Shown here: in pieces, positions 39,839-51,263 of the stretch
Numbering within the stretch: the first letter of the stretch is position 1
Layout of the letters: each line of letters begins with the position of its first letter
DNA from: Eledone cirrhosa
Lineage: Eukaryota
Assembly: GCA_964016885.1 (NCBI GenBank)
Contig: OZ024743.1
Coordinates: 281,542,001-281,606,000, forward strand
Direction: 5' to 3'
DNA: 64,000 bases
Program-made: the position numbers and the translations under genes
Notes under the pieces: generated by a model
Told to the model about the DNA's origin: nothing
The model's input: the letters and a program-made list of their open reading frames with translations, nothing else
Databases searched by the model: none

Positions 39839-40756
39839 CTTCTGATTTGTTTTGCGGCAAGTGTTTTTTTTTTTTTTTTTTTTTTTTCCAGTCGCCGAAA
39901 TAGCTTGTGGTTAGAAAAAGCTATCTCACTTACCGCTTTTCACAGGCGCTGCTAAATTCCACTGCAGGTACTCCTCTTCCGCGTGCGTCCGACTGCTTAA
40001 CACCGGGAGCTGCCCAAAACTCGCGTCCACACCGTATGCTGGTCACCACTAGAGAGAGGCCCTCTCCTGGCCCTTCCGGTCGAGCATTCTTCCGGTCAAA
40101 GACCCCTTCCGGTCGAGCACTCAAAAACCCCTTCCGGTCGAGCACCTCCCCCCCCCCCCCCCCCCGCCACCGCACGCCACACCATACCCACAATGGGAAC
40201 ATGGGAATGGCCATGCTCCGGCTGTCCTTGCCCAACATGATTGAAGTACCACCTAAGTCGTCTTAATGCTGATTGTTAAATGCTCTCATAGACAAACAAG
40301 AAGCAGTTCATCAATTCTCCTGCTTCTTCAAGGGATGTTGCAATAAGTGCAGCAGCATCAGCAAACAGTATATCATGAATAACACTTGTTTATTGAAGTG
40401 TTTTAGCTTTAAAGTGCTGATGGAGGAAGAGCCCACCTGATGTACGAAATTCAAATCTGACACGTGTGTCTGAGTTGCTAAATGTATGCAGAGAAGAACA
40501 AAGCAAAGAGAATAGGAGCCATGACACAACCCTGCTTCATACCGTTTGTGACACCAAAGGGTCCAGAGCATTTACCATTTGACTTAATTGATGCTCATAT
40601 GCTCCCATGAAAAGACATGATGTCATTCAGCATATTGTCATATGTTTGCCAAGCTTTTTTCCATATATATATGACACTAATACTCATACATTTCACTTTG
40701 CATTCCAAAATCGTTACCAAGACTACCTAATGCTTTATCTTGTTTACTCTCATTAT

Positions 40757-41558
40757 GAACTGGCCAGTCTGTTCAGTAGGACCTTCCGCCCGGGACTGAT
40801 GGACAACTTCCAAAAGTCCCTGGCCTGGCAGTGCTACCGAGGAGCTCTACCAGTTCGAGACAAGCTCTACAGACATGGGCGCCTGGGCAGGGACCCTGCA
40901 AAAAAGATCTGTTCGAGGTGCGTGCAAGACGAAGAAACCGTCGCGCACACATTCATACACTGCCCGGGCGTCACTGACCTGTGGGGCTATGTAGAACGAC
41001 TATTGTCGCGGGTGGGACCAATCCGGTTGACCACCAAGTCCATTGTCATGATCAAACCGCCACCCTCCTTCAAAAACGAAGGAGAGGCGGTTTTCCTTTG
41101 TGTGATAGCTATGGCGAAAGATGTTGTATGGTGGACAAGGTTGAAAGGGCTGAGGTCAGACACCTTTCTCTCCGGCCAACAACTGATTCTTTTTTTCAAA
41201 TACCACTTTGGAAGAAGAATCAGGACGGAGAGAGAGGTGCTGTACCCCAGCAAGTTTTATGAAAGGTGGGTGAAAGTGGCGAGAATGAGTGAATGGGCCT
41301 TCTCTCTATATCAGCCTGTAGGTTGAGGAAAAGGAGGAGGAGAAGAAAGGAGTACAAACTCTTCGTACTCCTGGAGATGAGGGTTGCACATTTTTTCGGG
41401 GGTATGTGTTACCCATATGAACTGTCTCCCCCTATTGGGGAAAATCGACTAATTTTTTAAATTGCATTTGTGATAATATTTTACACGTTTTTATTGTATG
41501 TAAACTTCCCCCTTTGTATTTGTCCCCTTCTTTTGTGCCCTTGTGGCTAATAAAGAAA
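40757..41558 (+). mobile_element. L1/Tx1-clade LINE 3' fragment (zf-RVT region and 3' UTR)
   Basis: KSLAWQCYRGALPVRDKL..CSRCVQDEETVAHTFIHC; ends AATAAAGAAA; candidate TSD CATTAT at 40751-40756 and 41559-41564. Confidence 0.85.
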
Positions 41559-41763
41559 CATTATTTTCGTTTTTTTTTCCTATGGATTATCTTTTATTTT
41601 CTGTTTCCATTCTTTGTGGTCCGGTTGCTCATTCTATTGTTAAGATATTGTTCTCTATTTTTATACTCCTGAAGAAGGGCTAAAGTCCAACACATCAAAC
41701 TTTTCCATATAAAGCTTGAAACTAATAAGACTTTTTGTACCTGTTTTGTCATTTACTTATACT

Positions 41764-41803
41764 ATATGTATATATATATACATACATACATACACAGAAG
41801 TAT

Positions 41804-41870
<67 letters not shown>

Positions 41871-41888
41871 CATACATACATACATACA
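41764..41888. repeat. Compound (TA)/(CA)/(TACA) microsatellite; continues at 42360-42516
   Basis: Direct reading; interrupted by an RTE fragment. Confidence 0.95.
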
Positions 41889-42360
41889 CTAGAAGTCGAT
41901 GGAAACCGCGGAGTGGGGAAACCCAAGATGACCTGGGATGAGGTGATAAAAGCCGACCTTACCCAATTACACTTCTCAAAGGCGATGACACACGACCGTG
42001 ACCACTGGCGTCACGCAGTAATACAGAGTACTCGACCTCCCATGGGTACAAGCTGAAGCATATAGACAATATGCTCCCACGCCCCCCACCGCAAGGTGGT
42101 CGTGGAGGTGCCACGGCAAAAAAGCACCCAGCCCACACTGTAAAGTGGACGTGTAGGCGCCACGAAAAAGCACCCAGCACTCACTGTAAATGAGATTGGT
42201 GTTAGGAAGGGCATCCAGCTGTAGAAATCAAGCCAAATCAGTTCCTGTATGAGCAAGGCATGGTCAGCCGACCAGACACTGCCCACAACAGGACAACCTA
42301 TCTAACCCATGCTAGCGTGGAAGAACGGACGTAAAACGGTGATGATGATGATGATGATGA
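41886..42360 (+). mobile_element. Short 3' RTE LINE fragment (subfamily of 51817-53356) within a TA/CA microsatellite
   Basis: [24 protein letters not shown] plus 3' UTR and (GAT)n. Confidence 0.9.
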
Positions 42361-42483
42361 CACACACACACACATATACATACATCCACACACATATATA
42401 TACATACATACACATATACATATATATACATACATACACACACACATATATACATACATACACACATATATATATATATACAT

Positions 42484-42517
<34 letters not shown>

Positions 42518-43598
42518 CAGCATCATCATTTCATTTTACGTCCGCTTTTCCCTGCTTGCAAGGGTGGGACAGGAACTGATTCTGGCTTGATTTCTACAGC
42601 TGGATGCCCTTCCTAACACCAACCTCATTTACAGTGAGTGCTGGGTGCTTTTTTGCCGTGGCACCTCCACGACCACTTTGCAGTGGAATGATAGGGACCC
42701 CAGTCCCTATCATCTCATTTCTACAGCTGAGTATATATATATATATACACAGACACACACATGTAGTGGTCCTTCTGCTCGTCTGCAATTCCAAGGAGGG
42801 AGAGGCTTGCACTTCAGCCTCTAACTCTGTATCACTTAGGCTAGGGATGTTCTAATTGAAAGTGGGTGAGAAATAAAAACGGTTTATAGCCATAAACAGC
42901 CTAGCTAATTTGTGCTGTTCATATTGCTTAGGCCTAGAAAGATTCTATTCAAAAGCAGGGAAGGGATAGAAATGGATTATAAACATAATGATAAAACAGT
43001 TTATAAACATTATGAGAATTTACAGGATGGTCTGGTATTACCAAAAAGGATATGGTTGCTATAAAAGACAGCTGAAATACAGGGGGAACAACAGACAAAG
43101 CTACTTAATAGGAAAAAAATATTTTTCTAATTTACATGGGCACCTTTATTAAATCTTTCCTAGTGCAGATTTCAAGTACATCCAATATTATTACATATTA
43201 TAGCAGACTGAATAATGATATACAGATGTTTCTCATCCAACAGTTTGTTAACAAATGGATGGAAACTACTTGCTCCATATAAGGACTAAATCATCATTAT
43301 ACAAGAGTTTCCATGGAGTGCCAGTTTTAAACTTCTCGGTTATGGCCTGAAGAAATGGGCTTAGGACTGAGCTTAGGTGGACCCCCACCAGCACTTCAAA
43401 TTCATCACTGTACTCATTTTAAATTCTCACCTTGCTGGTTGCACAGCCCTCATGAGTCAAGAGGGAGAATTAACTCTTAACACCCTGTACTGCATGAAAC
43501 AGCATTAACAAGATATTCTTGGAAAGTAGAAAACAGTACTATGACAGCATCATCATAGTTTACTGCAAATTTATATTTGTATACTGAAAGATACTGAC

Positions 43599-43698
43599 CT
43601 CTGTCATAATAATCATAGACAACCACTCCTGCTGGAAGACTGTTCAATGCCAACACCTGTTCAATCTTAATTTCAATGCATTTTGCTGTCTTATTCAT
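43599..43698 (-). CDS. TEP/A2M-like exon, MG8 domain
   Basis: gttaag| MNKTAKCIEIKIEQVLALNSLPAGVVVYDYYDR-D |gtcagt; PAxVxVYDYY motif. Confidence 0.94.
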
Positions 43699-44515
43699 CT
43701 TAACAAATAAAGAAACAAAATAATTATTAGCAATCTAGTTTATTCTCTGTTTATGTTTGTTGAAATCCAGTAATTGATTACTTAATCTTTGCAATTTACA
43801 CCTGATGACACCATAAGTCTTATGTCATGATCTGATGATGTAAGCATGCCATAGAAATACATATTGTGATTGTTGCAACATTAAAATAATATTTGGAATC
43901 TGGCCTTCTGTTTTCATTAAATATATATTTCATAATCTTTATTTGGATATATTGAGATTCAATCTCTTTATTTATTTCACATACACATTGGTTACAACCC
44001 CAACTAATTTTGGTTAAGTTGTGGTGCACTCTCAGTAAGTATTTGATTTAAATTTAGAGTACAGAGTGGCATCATGAAGAAGTGTCTTTTAGCATAGTCT
44101 TAGGTCATATGTCTTTTAGCATAGTCTATGTCTTGGGAGTGAAATTGGGTGAACAAAAACTGTGCGGAAGCCTGTTGGATGGATTTTACTTGTAATCCAA
44201 AGATCCAGCCTTACCACAAGCTGTGTCATGCTGATTCAGCCTAAAAAAATCATGTTAATGCTACATGTCTCTAGAATACTCATTTATATGTTAATTTGAC
44301 AATTAGGAAGTTCAATTTGCCAAATAACTGAAAGCACATTATTTGAAACCAATGTAAAATCATGTCACTTCCTTCACTTCATTTCACTTTTCCCTTAATC
44401 CTCCAGGGTCATGATGGTGCTGCTTTGCAGTTTATCTTAAGCAAATATAACCCAACAAAGCCCATCCCTCTCCAGGTGTCATATGTAGTGTAGTAAAACT
44501 ATGTATAAGTATAAT

Positions 44516-44701
44516 TGTTTCTACTTTTGGCACAAGGCCAGCAATTATCCAGTGCATTACTGGTACTTTATTTTATCGACCCCGTAAGGATGAAAGGCAA
44601 AGTTAACCTCGGCGGGATTTGAACTCAAACCATAAAGGGGCGTAACTCTTTGCTGCAAAGCATAGCGTCAGACCCTCTACCGATACTGCCAATCCACCGC
44701 C
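44516..44701 (-). mobile_element. SINE family B copy
   Basis: TSD ctatgtataagtataat at 44499-44515 and 44702-44718. Confidence 0.9.
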
Positions 44702-44798
44702 CTATGTATAAGTATAATGTAAAGAGTAAATGTTCCACTTTCCACTTTATCTACAGCAAATTTCTACAGCTGAAAGCCCTCCCTGTTTTAGCTGCAAA

Positions 44799-44842
<44 letters not shown>

Positions 44843-45029
44843 CTAATGATGATAATTCACTGAGTTTCCATCAATCAAATTTTCTCACAAAGCATTGATC
44901 AGTCCATGGCTATAGTAGAAAACAGTTACCCCAAAGTGTAATGCAGTGGGATTGAACCTGAAATCATATGTTTTAGAAGTGATCTTCTGAACCACACAGC
45001 CATACTAAATCTCTATATAAAAGTAAAAA

Positions 45030-45210
45030 AACTGTGTAGTGTAGCAAAACAATGCGTAGTAAGTCTGTGTAGTGTAGCAAAACAATGTGTAAGTCTGTAG
45101 TGTAGCAAAAATATGTGAAGTATAGTAAATGTGTGTAGTGTAGCAAAACTATGTGTAGTGTAGTGTAATTAGTCTGTGTAGTGTAGCAAAACTATGTGTA
45201 GTGTAGTAAA
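45030..45210. repeat. Minisatellite of tgtgtagtgtagcaaaac-type units
   Basis: About 7 diverged units, about 75 nt from a TEP exon donor; one further unit at about 44483-44500. Confidence 0.85.
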
Positions 45211-45284
45211 TATAAGGGCATTGTAGGACATCTCTGATGTGTATTAAATTTATCTATTGTAGTAAATGTATAGTCTATACTTAC

Positions 45285-45359
45285 TTCATCAAAATATAAA
45301 TATACAAAGTCTTCTGTCATTTCATACTTTTTAACACCAATACTTTCTGAATGTTTTGG
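45285..45359 (-). CDS. TEP/A2M-like exon, MG8 domain
   Basis: tttcag| PKHSESIGVKKYEMTEDFVYLYFDE |gtaagt. Confidence 0.92.
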
Positions 45360-46329
45360 CTGAAAAAATCATTAAAACAACAAATAATAAATATGGTAAC
45401 AAAACTGAATATGTAGATATTAATTTATTTTGTTTATCTACCAATGTAAAAAACTCAAATGAAAGGGTTCTCTTCGTTAAAACTGACCATGGTTTAGCAT
45501 CTCTGAAGCACAAGCTCAGCCAGTCCTCTCCAAAACATTAATGTTGTCCAAAGGAATGGCAAAAGCTAATACAACTTGGCACCACTGAGTGGGCTAGAGC
45601 AATGTAAAATAAAGTGTCTTGCTCAAGGACATGTCGCTCAGTCTGCGATGAACTCACAACCTTATAGTCGTGAGCCCAGTACCCTAACCACTAAGCTACA
45701 TATCTTCACATCCACCAAGGAAGGTTTATGTATTATAGTCAACTGAATTAGTCATAGAATATTACTGTTGTTTATTTTATAGACTTGTGAGGGAAAAATG
45801 TAAAAGTCAATTTGAGTAAGATTTGAACATTAGTACTGATACAGCTTTGGAATTACATTAAGATTATATGTTTCTGTGGAATACTTAGTCATTTATGTAT
45901 TAACCCTTTAGCATTTAAACCAGCCACATTTGGCCAGAATTCTCTCACCTCTTTCTGTTCAAACTGGTTATAACTGGCCATTCATACCGAATACTCAACA
46001 TGAATGGAAAAGTAAATCTGAGCAAGATTTGAACTCAATACTTAAAAGAATGAAGTGTTTATTCCAATTACTTTAATCAACTCATTTTTGTTCAATAAGC
46101 AAATATCGATCTTTTACATTAACATAAGGCAACACATTTATAGTGAAGTACATATATTTAAATTGGTCTTAGTACATCACTAATACTAATTACACTGAAT
46201 CCAAAGGGCTAGCAATTAACAAGAAATAAAAATAATCATTAAGGCGACTTAATTAGCAACGGAAGAGGGTACTCTGAGAGCATAATAGCTAGAGTAAGGA
46301 TAGTATGGAAAAAGTTTAGAGCGTTATTC

Positions 46330-46940
46330 CCACTGATGACCACAAAAGGTTTCTCCCTACATACAAAAGAACATTGGATGTGCAATGTAAGAGTGAGAGA
46401 AAGGCAGAGTTTGGACAAATTGAAGGAGAAGCTGGGTTTAACCGTTTAGCATTTAAACCGGCTGTATCTGGCCAGAATTCTCTCACCTCTCTCTGTTCAA
46501 ACTGACTGCTCATACTAACGTTAAGATATTGTTCTCAAAATAAATAATATCAAAATCTTATAGATTTGATATTATGTGAGATAAATATGTGAGATAAAGC
46601 CTTTACCACGAAAATGCAATAGTATAGATAGAGTAATGTAAATGCTAAAGGGTTAAGAGGAATCCAAGATGGTGTGCAGGAGACATGAATGAGTTGGTAT
46701 GAACATGTGATGCACATGGACAATGATCACTGGGTGAAGAAGTGCCTGGAAATCCAAGTGGAAAGAAGCCGCAGTAGAGGTAGACCAAGAAAGACCTGGG
46801 CAGAGGTTGTGAGAGCTGACCTCAAATCTCTGAAACTCACAGAGGAGATGATGAAGGAACATGACAAGTAGAGAGATGCTGTGCTGAGAAAGACTCTAAC
46901 CCATGCGAGTGGAAAAATGAACATAAAAACGATCATGATG
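46330..46940 (+). mobile_element. Old RTE LINE 3' fragment interrupted by a MITE
   Basis: ERQSLDKLKEKLG[MITE]LRGI...WYEHVMHMDNDHWVKKC..GRPRKTW. Confidence 0.85.
46438..46656. mobile_element. piggyBac-type MITE family 1 inserted at a TTAA inside an RTE fragment
   Basis: TTAA duplicated at 46438-46441 and 46653-46656; TIRs intact. Confidence 0.9.
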
Positions 46941-47315
46941 AAATAATCTCTATAAAACAAATTTTAGCAACTGGTTTGATTTAAATGCCTTTAATCACTT
47001 CTTTTTTTCTTTCTCCCCCTTTGTCTTCTTAAATTATAATTCAAATCAGTCCAAGCCATGCCAGCATGGAAAATTGGACATTAAATATTGATGACACTGA
47101 TCTATGATGCCTTATAGGAACCAACCACAGTATGTTACTGGTATTTTATTTTCTTGATCCTAAGAAGTTAATCTTAACAAGATTTTAACCCAGAACATAA
47201 AGTTATAATTGACTAAAATCTTTGAAGGTGGTGCCCCAGCATGACTGCAGTCCAATGTCTAAAATCAGACATTGGACTGAAAGAATAAACAAGTAAACAA
47301 ACTAAAAATACTCAC

Positions 47316-47400
47316 ATTAACAATTTGCTGCGGGATCCAACCTGTCAGCATTTTCACTTCCATAATAACAATATTTGTCTTTTGCCTCCTACCAGTGTAA
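47316..47400 (-). CDS. TEP/A2M-like exon, receptor-binding (MG8) domain
   Basis: taatag| YTGRRQKTNIVIMEVKMLTGWIPQQIVN |gtgagt; equivalent to SNMAIxEVKMLSGF. Confidence 0.92.
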
Positions 47401-47796
47401 CTATTAGAAATAAACAATTTAATTATTAAGCCTGGAGGGGGGCAGCATGCTATGGCATTAATGCAATTCCCAAAGTAAACAGTAATATTCAAGGCAACTA
47501 GTGAAGTCCTGTTTGGGCAATTAGTGACTATAAAAGAAGCTGATCATCAGATGGAACCAAGGAAACTGTTTCCATTGGTTTCTCCATTGTTGTTGCTATG
47601 AGCCAGTAGCAAATGTCCAAGTCAACCATAGTAGAATTTGAACTGAGAATGTAAGGAGTCGTAACTAAATACTGCAAAATATTTTGTAGGACATTCTAAT
47701 GATTTTGTCACTCCACAACCTGATATTAAAATAAATAAATAATATCAAAAAGAAAGAAACAATCAACAAAATAGGAAAGAGTGAACTGAAACTAAC

Positions 47797-47912
47797 CGGC
47801 TGCAGATGTGTAGTCTCCTTTCAGCACAGTTATTGTAAGAATTCTTTACTGAGATACGTAGATGGAAGCTCTGTTCTTGTTTTAGGTTCTGAACATTGTA
47901 TGTCAAAGAAGT
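47797..47912 (-). CDS. TEP/A2M-like exon
   Basis: tttaag| TSLTYNVQNLKQEQSFHLRISVKNSYNNCAERRLHICSR |gttagt, ends phase 2. Confidence 0.9.
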
Positions 47913-48872
47913 CTTAAAATAAAAATATATGAAATACAGAGAATATTAAAAGGATTTAAAATTACATCATTTTTTTTGTTTTCCTCCTTTAATTTTATTT
48001 TAGGACTCCTAAGTAACAATATATATTCTTAACAACACAGAATATGCCTTTGATAATGTAGGGTATAAAAAAGCTCTTTGTTCTGGCTGGGCACATGAAA
48101 ACCTCTCTGTAAAATGGTTGGCAACTGAATGGTGATAATGTAGTGTAGAGAGAATCGTCAGCCTGGCCAAGCATATAAAACCTCTCAAGTGCTGATGCCA
48201 CAATAAAATGCACTCAGTACACTCTGTAAATAGTTTGTGATTGAATGGACACCATATATAGAGAGGACTTTTTAGCCTAGCCAAGCATATGACAACCTCT
48301 CTAGTGTTGATGCTACAGTCCTTCCTAGCTGGTTGGCCTGAGAGGGAAGTTGAAAGCTGTCAATCTCTTTCACTCTTACCCATGCACACACAGTCTCTAT
48401 GAATACTTACACAAGTACATACAACTGTCTAAAAGAAATACATTTTCTACTAAGCATGTCTGAAAATCTCATCTAATAGCTTCTACTTGTGTGAAAAATT
48501 TCATTTCACAAACTTCTCCATTGTGCAAACTTCTTTCACATACTTTTCAACCACTAAGTTGTAGCTATCAGCTACATTCTGTTAGCAAATAATGATTTCT
48601 GATTTAGGCACAATGCCAGCAGTATGGCGAGGGAAAAGACGTACATTATCAACCCTGGAAGGATGAAAGGCAAAGTTGACCCCCCGCAGGATTTGAACTC
48701 AGATGTAAAGAGCTGTAACTAAATGCTGTCTGATCCACTAACGATTCTGTCAACCCACTGCCCTCAATTAGTTAGCATATAATAAACACATCCAATCTGC
48801 TATTGAGTGCAACTTTATTATTTTCCATAAACGATTTTTGCTACAAAAAATTTAAAATAAAGAAGGCTTTAC

Positions 48873-49091
48873 CTGAATGATACCACAACCCCTGCCTTCA
48901 GCATCAATCCGAATTTTGTTCTTAAATGGCTTTGAATAGGTGAACAGTTCAAACTGGTTGTCATCAGTGATTTGGAATGTCTCTGCTGAATCAAATTCGT
49001 TGTCAATGAAAATGGTCATATCAGTAGCTTCCTGTCGTGATGACCACATTAAAGTGTATTGGGAAATAGCTTGAAATGCTATCACAGAATC
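48873..49091 (-). CDS. TEP/A2M-like exon, end of TED / CUB segment
   Basis: tttcag| DSVIAFQAISQY...KIRIDAEGRGCGIIQ |gtaaag; equivalent to DTVVALQAL...GxGC. Confidence 0.94.
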
Positions 49092-49487
49092 CTGAAATAT
49101 AATATAATATATATACACGCATCACTTCAATCCTTTTCAATTATATATATATATATATATATTACATACACACACACACGCACACATATATATACATACA
49201 TACATACAACATATCTCTATATGTAGAGTAGAGTGAGGTCATTTATTTAATATCAATAAGTGGGAGTTATTTGCAATAAAAGTCAAAACTACAGTTGAGA
49301 TCAGTCAATAATTACCATTTTTGATGCACTTAGTGTTTTTTCTTCGCTTTATTTATATATTTTTGTGTATCATATTTAGAAGGTTCCTAGTGTTTATCTT
49401 TTCATTCTGTAAGAATTCTAAACAATTCGAAACATTTATATAACTATGAATAAAAGTTATTATTCAGTACACCAATCACCTATATAT

Positions 49488-49871
49488 ATCATCATCATCA
49501 TTTTACGTCCGCTTTTCCCTGCTTGCAAGGGTGGGACGGGAACTGATTCTGGCTTGATTTCTACAGCTGGATGCCCTTCCTAACACCAACCTCATTTACA
49601 GTGAGTGCTGGGTGCTTTTTTTCCGTGGTGCCTACACGTCCACTTTACAGTGTGGGCTGGGTGCTTTTTTTGCTGTGGCACCTCCACAACCACTTTGCAG
49701 TGGAATGATAGAGACCCCAGTCCTATCATCTCATTTCTGCATCTGAGTAAACTGGAGCAATGTGAAATAAAGTGTCTTGCTCAAGGAAACAACACATCAC
49801 CCAGTCTGAGAATTGAACTCACAACCTTTTGATTGCAAGCCCAATGCTCTAACCACTAAGCCATGTGCCTC
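49488..49871 (-). mobile_element. tRNA-derived SINE (family A), full length, with RTE-derived 3' tail
   Basis: A box TGGCTTAGTGG, B box GAGTTCAATTC, CORE-like ccttgagcaagacact, tail shared with RTE 3' UTR and (GAT)n; related copies at 8374-8694, about 12950-13100, 20054-20330, about 30000-30165, about 33760-33930, 42520-42730, about 45500-45710, about 63640-63850. Confidence 0.9.
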
Positions 49872-50083
49872 ATATATATATATATATATAAAGTTCTATT
49901 TAAATTGTTGGGATACAACAAGCAAATATTTTTATAACTGATATAAAGCACTCAACAAATATTTGGAGTAAAAATACGATATTAACAAATGGAAACTATA
50001 TTTATAAAACCATATTTATTTCATTATACATATTTCAAGGACACCAAGTTAAATTATGGTGTGCTTTCATCAGATAAAATATA

Positions 50084-50269
50084 ATTGTCTCTACTTTAGG
50101 CACAAGGCCAGCAATTACCCAGTGCATTACTGGTACTTTATTTTATTGACCCCGTAAGGATGAAAGGCAAAGTCAACCTCGGCGGGATTTGAACTCAGAT
50201 CGTAAAGGGATGTAACTATGCTGGAAAGCATGGCGTCCGACCCTCTACTGATACTGCCAATCCACCGCC
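50084..50269 (-). mobile_element. SINE family B copy inserted in the left arm of a palindrome
   Basis: 20-bp TSD ctttcatcagataaaatata at 50064-50083 and 50270-50289. Confidence 0.92.
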
Positions 50270-50428
50270 CTTTCATCAGATAAAATATAGTATAGATCAG
50301 TTTTATAAATAAATATTGACATACCCTTAAAGAATGCAACCATTACTGTTGGAAGCTCCAGACTATCCTGGATTGGTTGCATTCTTTAAGGGTATGTCAA
50401 TATTTATTTATAAAACTGATCTATATTA

Positions 50429-50493
50429 TATTTTATCTGATGAAAGCACACCATAATTTAACTTGGTGTCCTTGAAATATGTATAATGAAATA
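50429..50493 (+). ncRNA. Minimal type I hammerhead ribozyme motif (mirror copy at 50017-50081 on -)
   Basis: Stem I TATTTTAT/ATGAAATA, core CTGATGA, stem II AAG-C-ACACCA/TGGTGT-C-CTT, GAAA, short stem III T-ATGT-A, cleavage triplet AUA. Confidence 0.75.
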
Positions 50494-51204
50494 AATATGG
50501 TTTTATAAATATAGTTTCCATTTGTTAATATCGTATATATATATATATATATATATAATCATCAGATATAAAATAATGATGATGATGATTATATATATAT
50601 ACACACACACATATATAACCTGGCAATAAGGAGGACATCCAGCTATAGAAACTATCACATAAATGAAATGTATGAGCTAAAAATGGCTCTCAAACCTGAC
50701 TAGTTTCCAGAATGGAAAAACCAGATGTATGATGATATATATATATATACATCATACACACATCCTATCCAATGCTTTAACAATTCCACCAATCCCCCAC
50801 TGAAGGACTGGTACTTTATTAACCCCAAAAGGATGAAAAGCAAAATTGACCTCAGCAGGATATAATCTCAGAACATAGAAAGACAGAACTAACATTGAGA
50901 CCTTTAATATGATGCTCTGTCAGTTTGTTCCCCTGAGAGAGAGGTAAGTATTAAAATTCAACATGGAGGAATAAAAAATAAATGACAAAACATGAGAAAT
51001 AGAGAAGAAGAAGAGAGAGAGAGAGATGTGATATCCTTGACAATATCATGTTTTATTACATAAGCAGACATATATGAATTTATTTTTGCTACATAAGCAT
51101 GAAGTTTCAAATCTACATATTTTGAAGGATATGTATGTAGACTGAACTTAGAATTGAGATCAAATTCCAAATTCCATTCACCCACAGCTTACAAATGTAC
51201 CATA

Positions 51205-51209
51205 GATAA

Positions 51210-51260
<51 letters not shown>
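51205..51260. repeat. (AT)n microsatellite
   Basis: Perfect dinucleotide run. Confidence 0.98.

Positions 51261-51263
<3 letters not shown>

Larger units (their letters stand above)
36028..40192 (-). mobile_element. Full-length Ty3/Gypsy-like LTR retrotransposon (4.2 kb), coding regions disrupted
   Basis: LTRs at 36028-36284 and 39906-40192 (TGTGG...CCACA); 5-bp TSD ATGGG at 36023-36027 and 40193-40197; polypurine tract next to the 3' LTR; order gag-PR-RT-RH-IN. Confidence 0.96.
35400..40600 (-). mobile_element. Old degraded RTE/BovB-like LINE, split by the LTR element
   Basis: Remnant motifs VTNGMKQGCVMAPILF (about 40550) and LFADAAALIA (about 40360) on one side; KIKIAVYHAVILTTLL..SESWTLY (about 35800) on the other. 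Confidence 0.75.
49974..50536. repeat. Long near-perfect inverted repeat (about 163-bp arms, 31-bp spacer)
   Basis: Left arm 49974-50083 plus 50290-50342; right arm 50374-50536; one mismatch seen by eye; followed by (AT)n. Confidence 0.93.

Noticed and set aside
36701-39845. Numerous plus-strand ORFs over the LTR element, and the ORFs within the LTRs
   Set aside because: Antisense shadows of GC-rich gag/pol or LTR sequence; no recognisable motifs
40607-41326. 239-aa ORF as a host zinc-finger gene
   Set aside because: The C-terminal part is the zf-RVT end of an L1/Tx1 ORF2; the N-terminal part is chance read-through from flanking DNA
42298-42590. ORFs rich in CVCV/YIYI/HTHT (also 8599-8820, 41735-42056)
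   Set aside because: Translations of dinucleotide microsatellites
43825-43870. CTGATGA...GAAA hammerhead candidate
   Set aside because: Stem II is poor and no NUH cleavage triplet fits the stem I register; at best a decayed relic
48880-48900. GRGCGIIQ as a displaced thioester motif
   Set aside because: It is the conserved GxGC strand of the CUB segment; lacks EQ and is far from the TED thioester position
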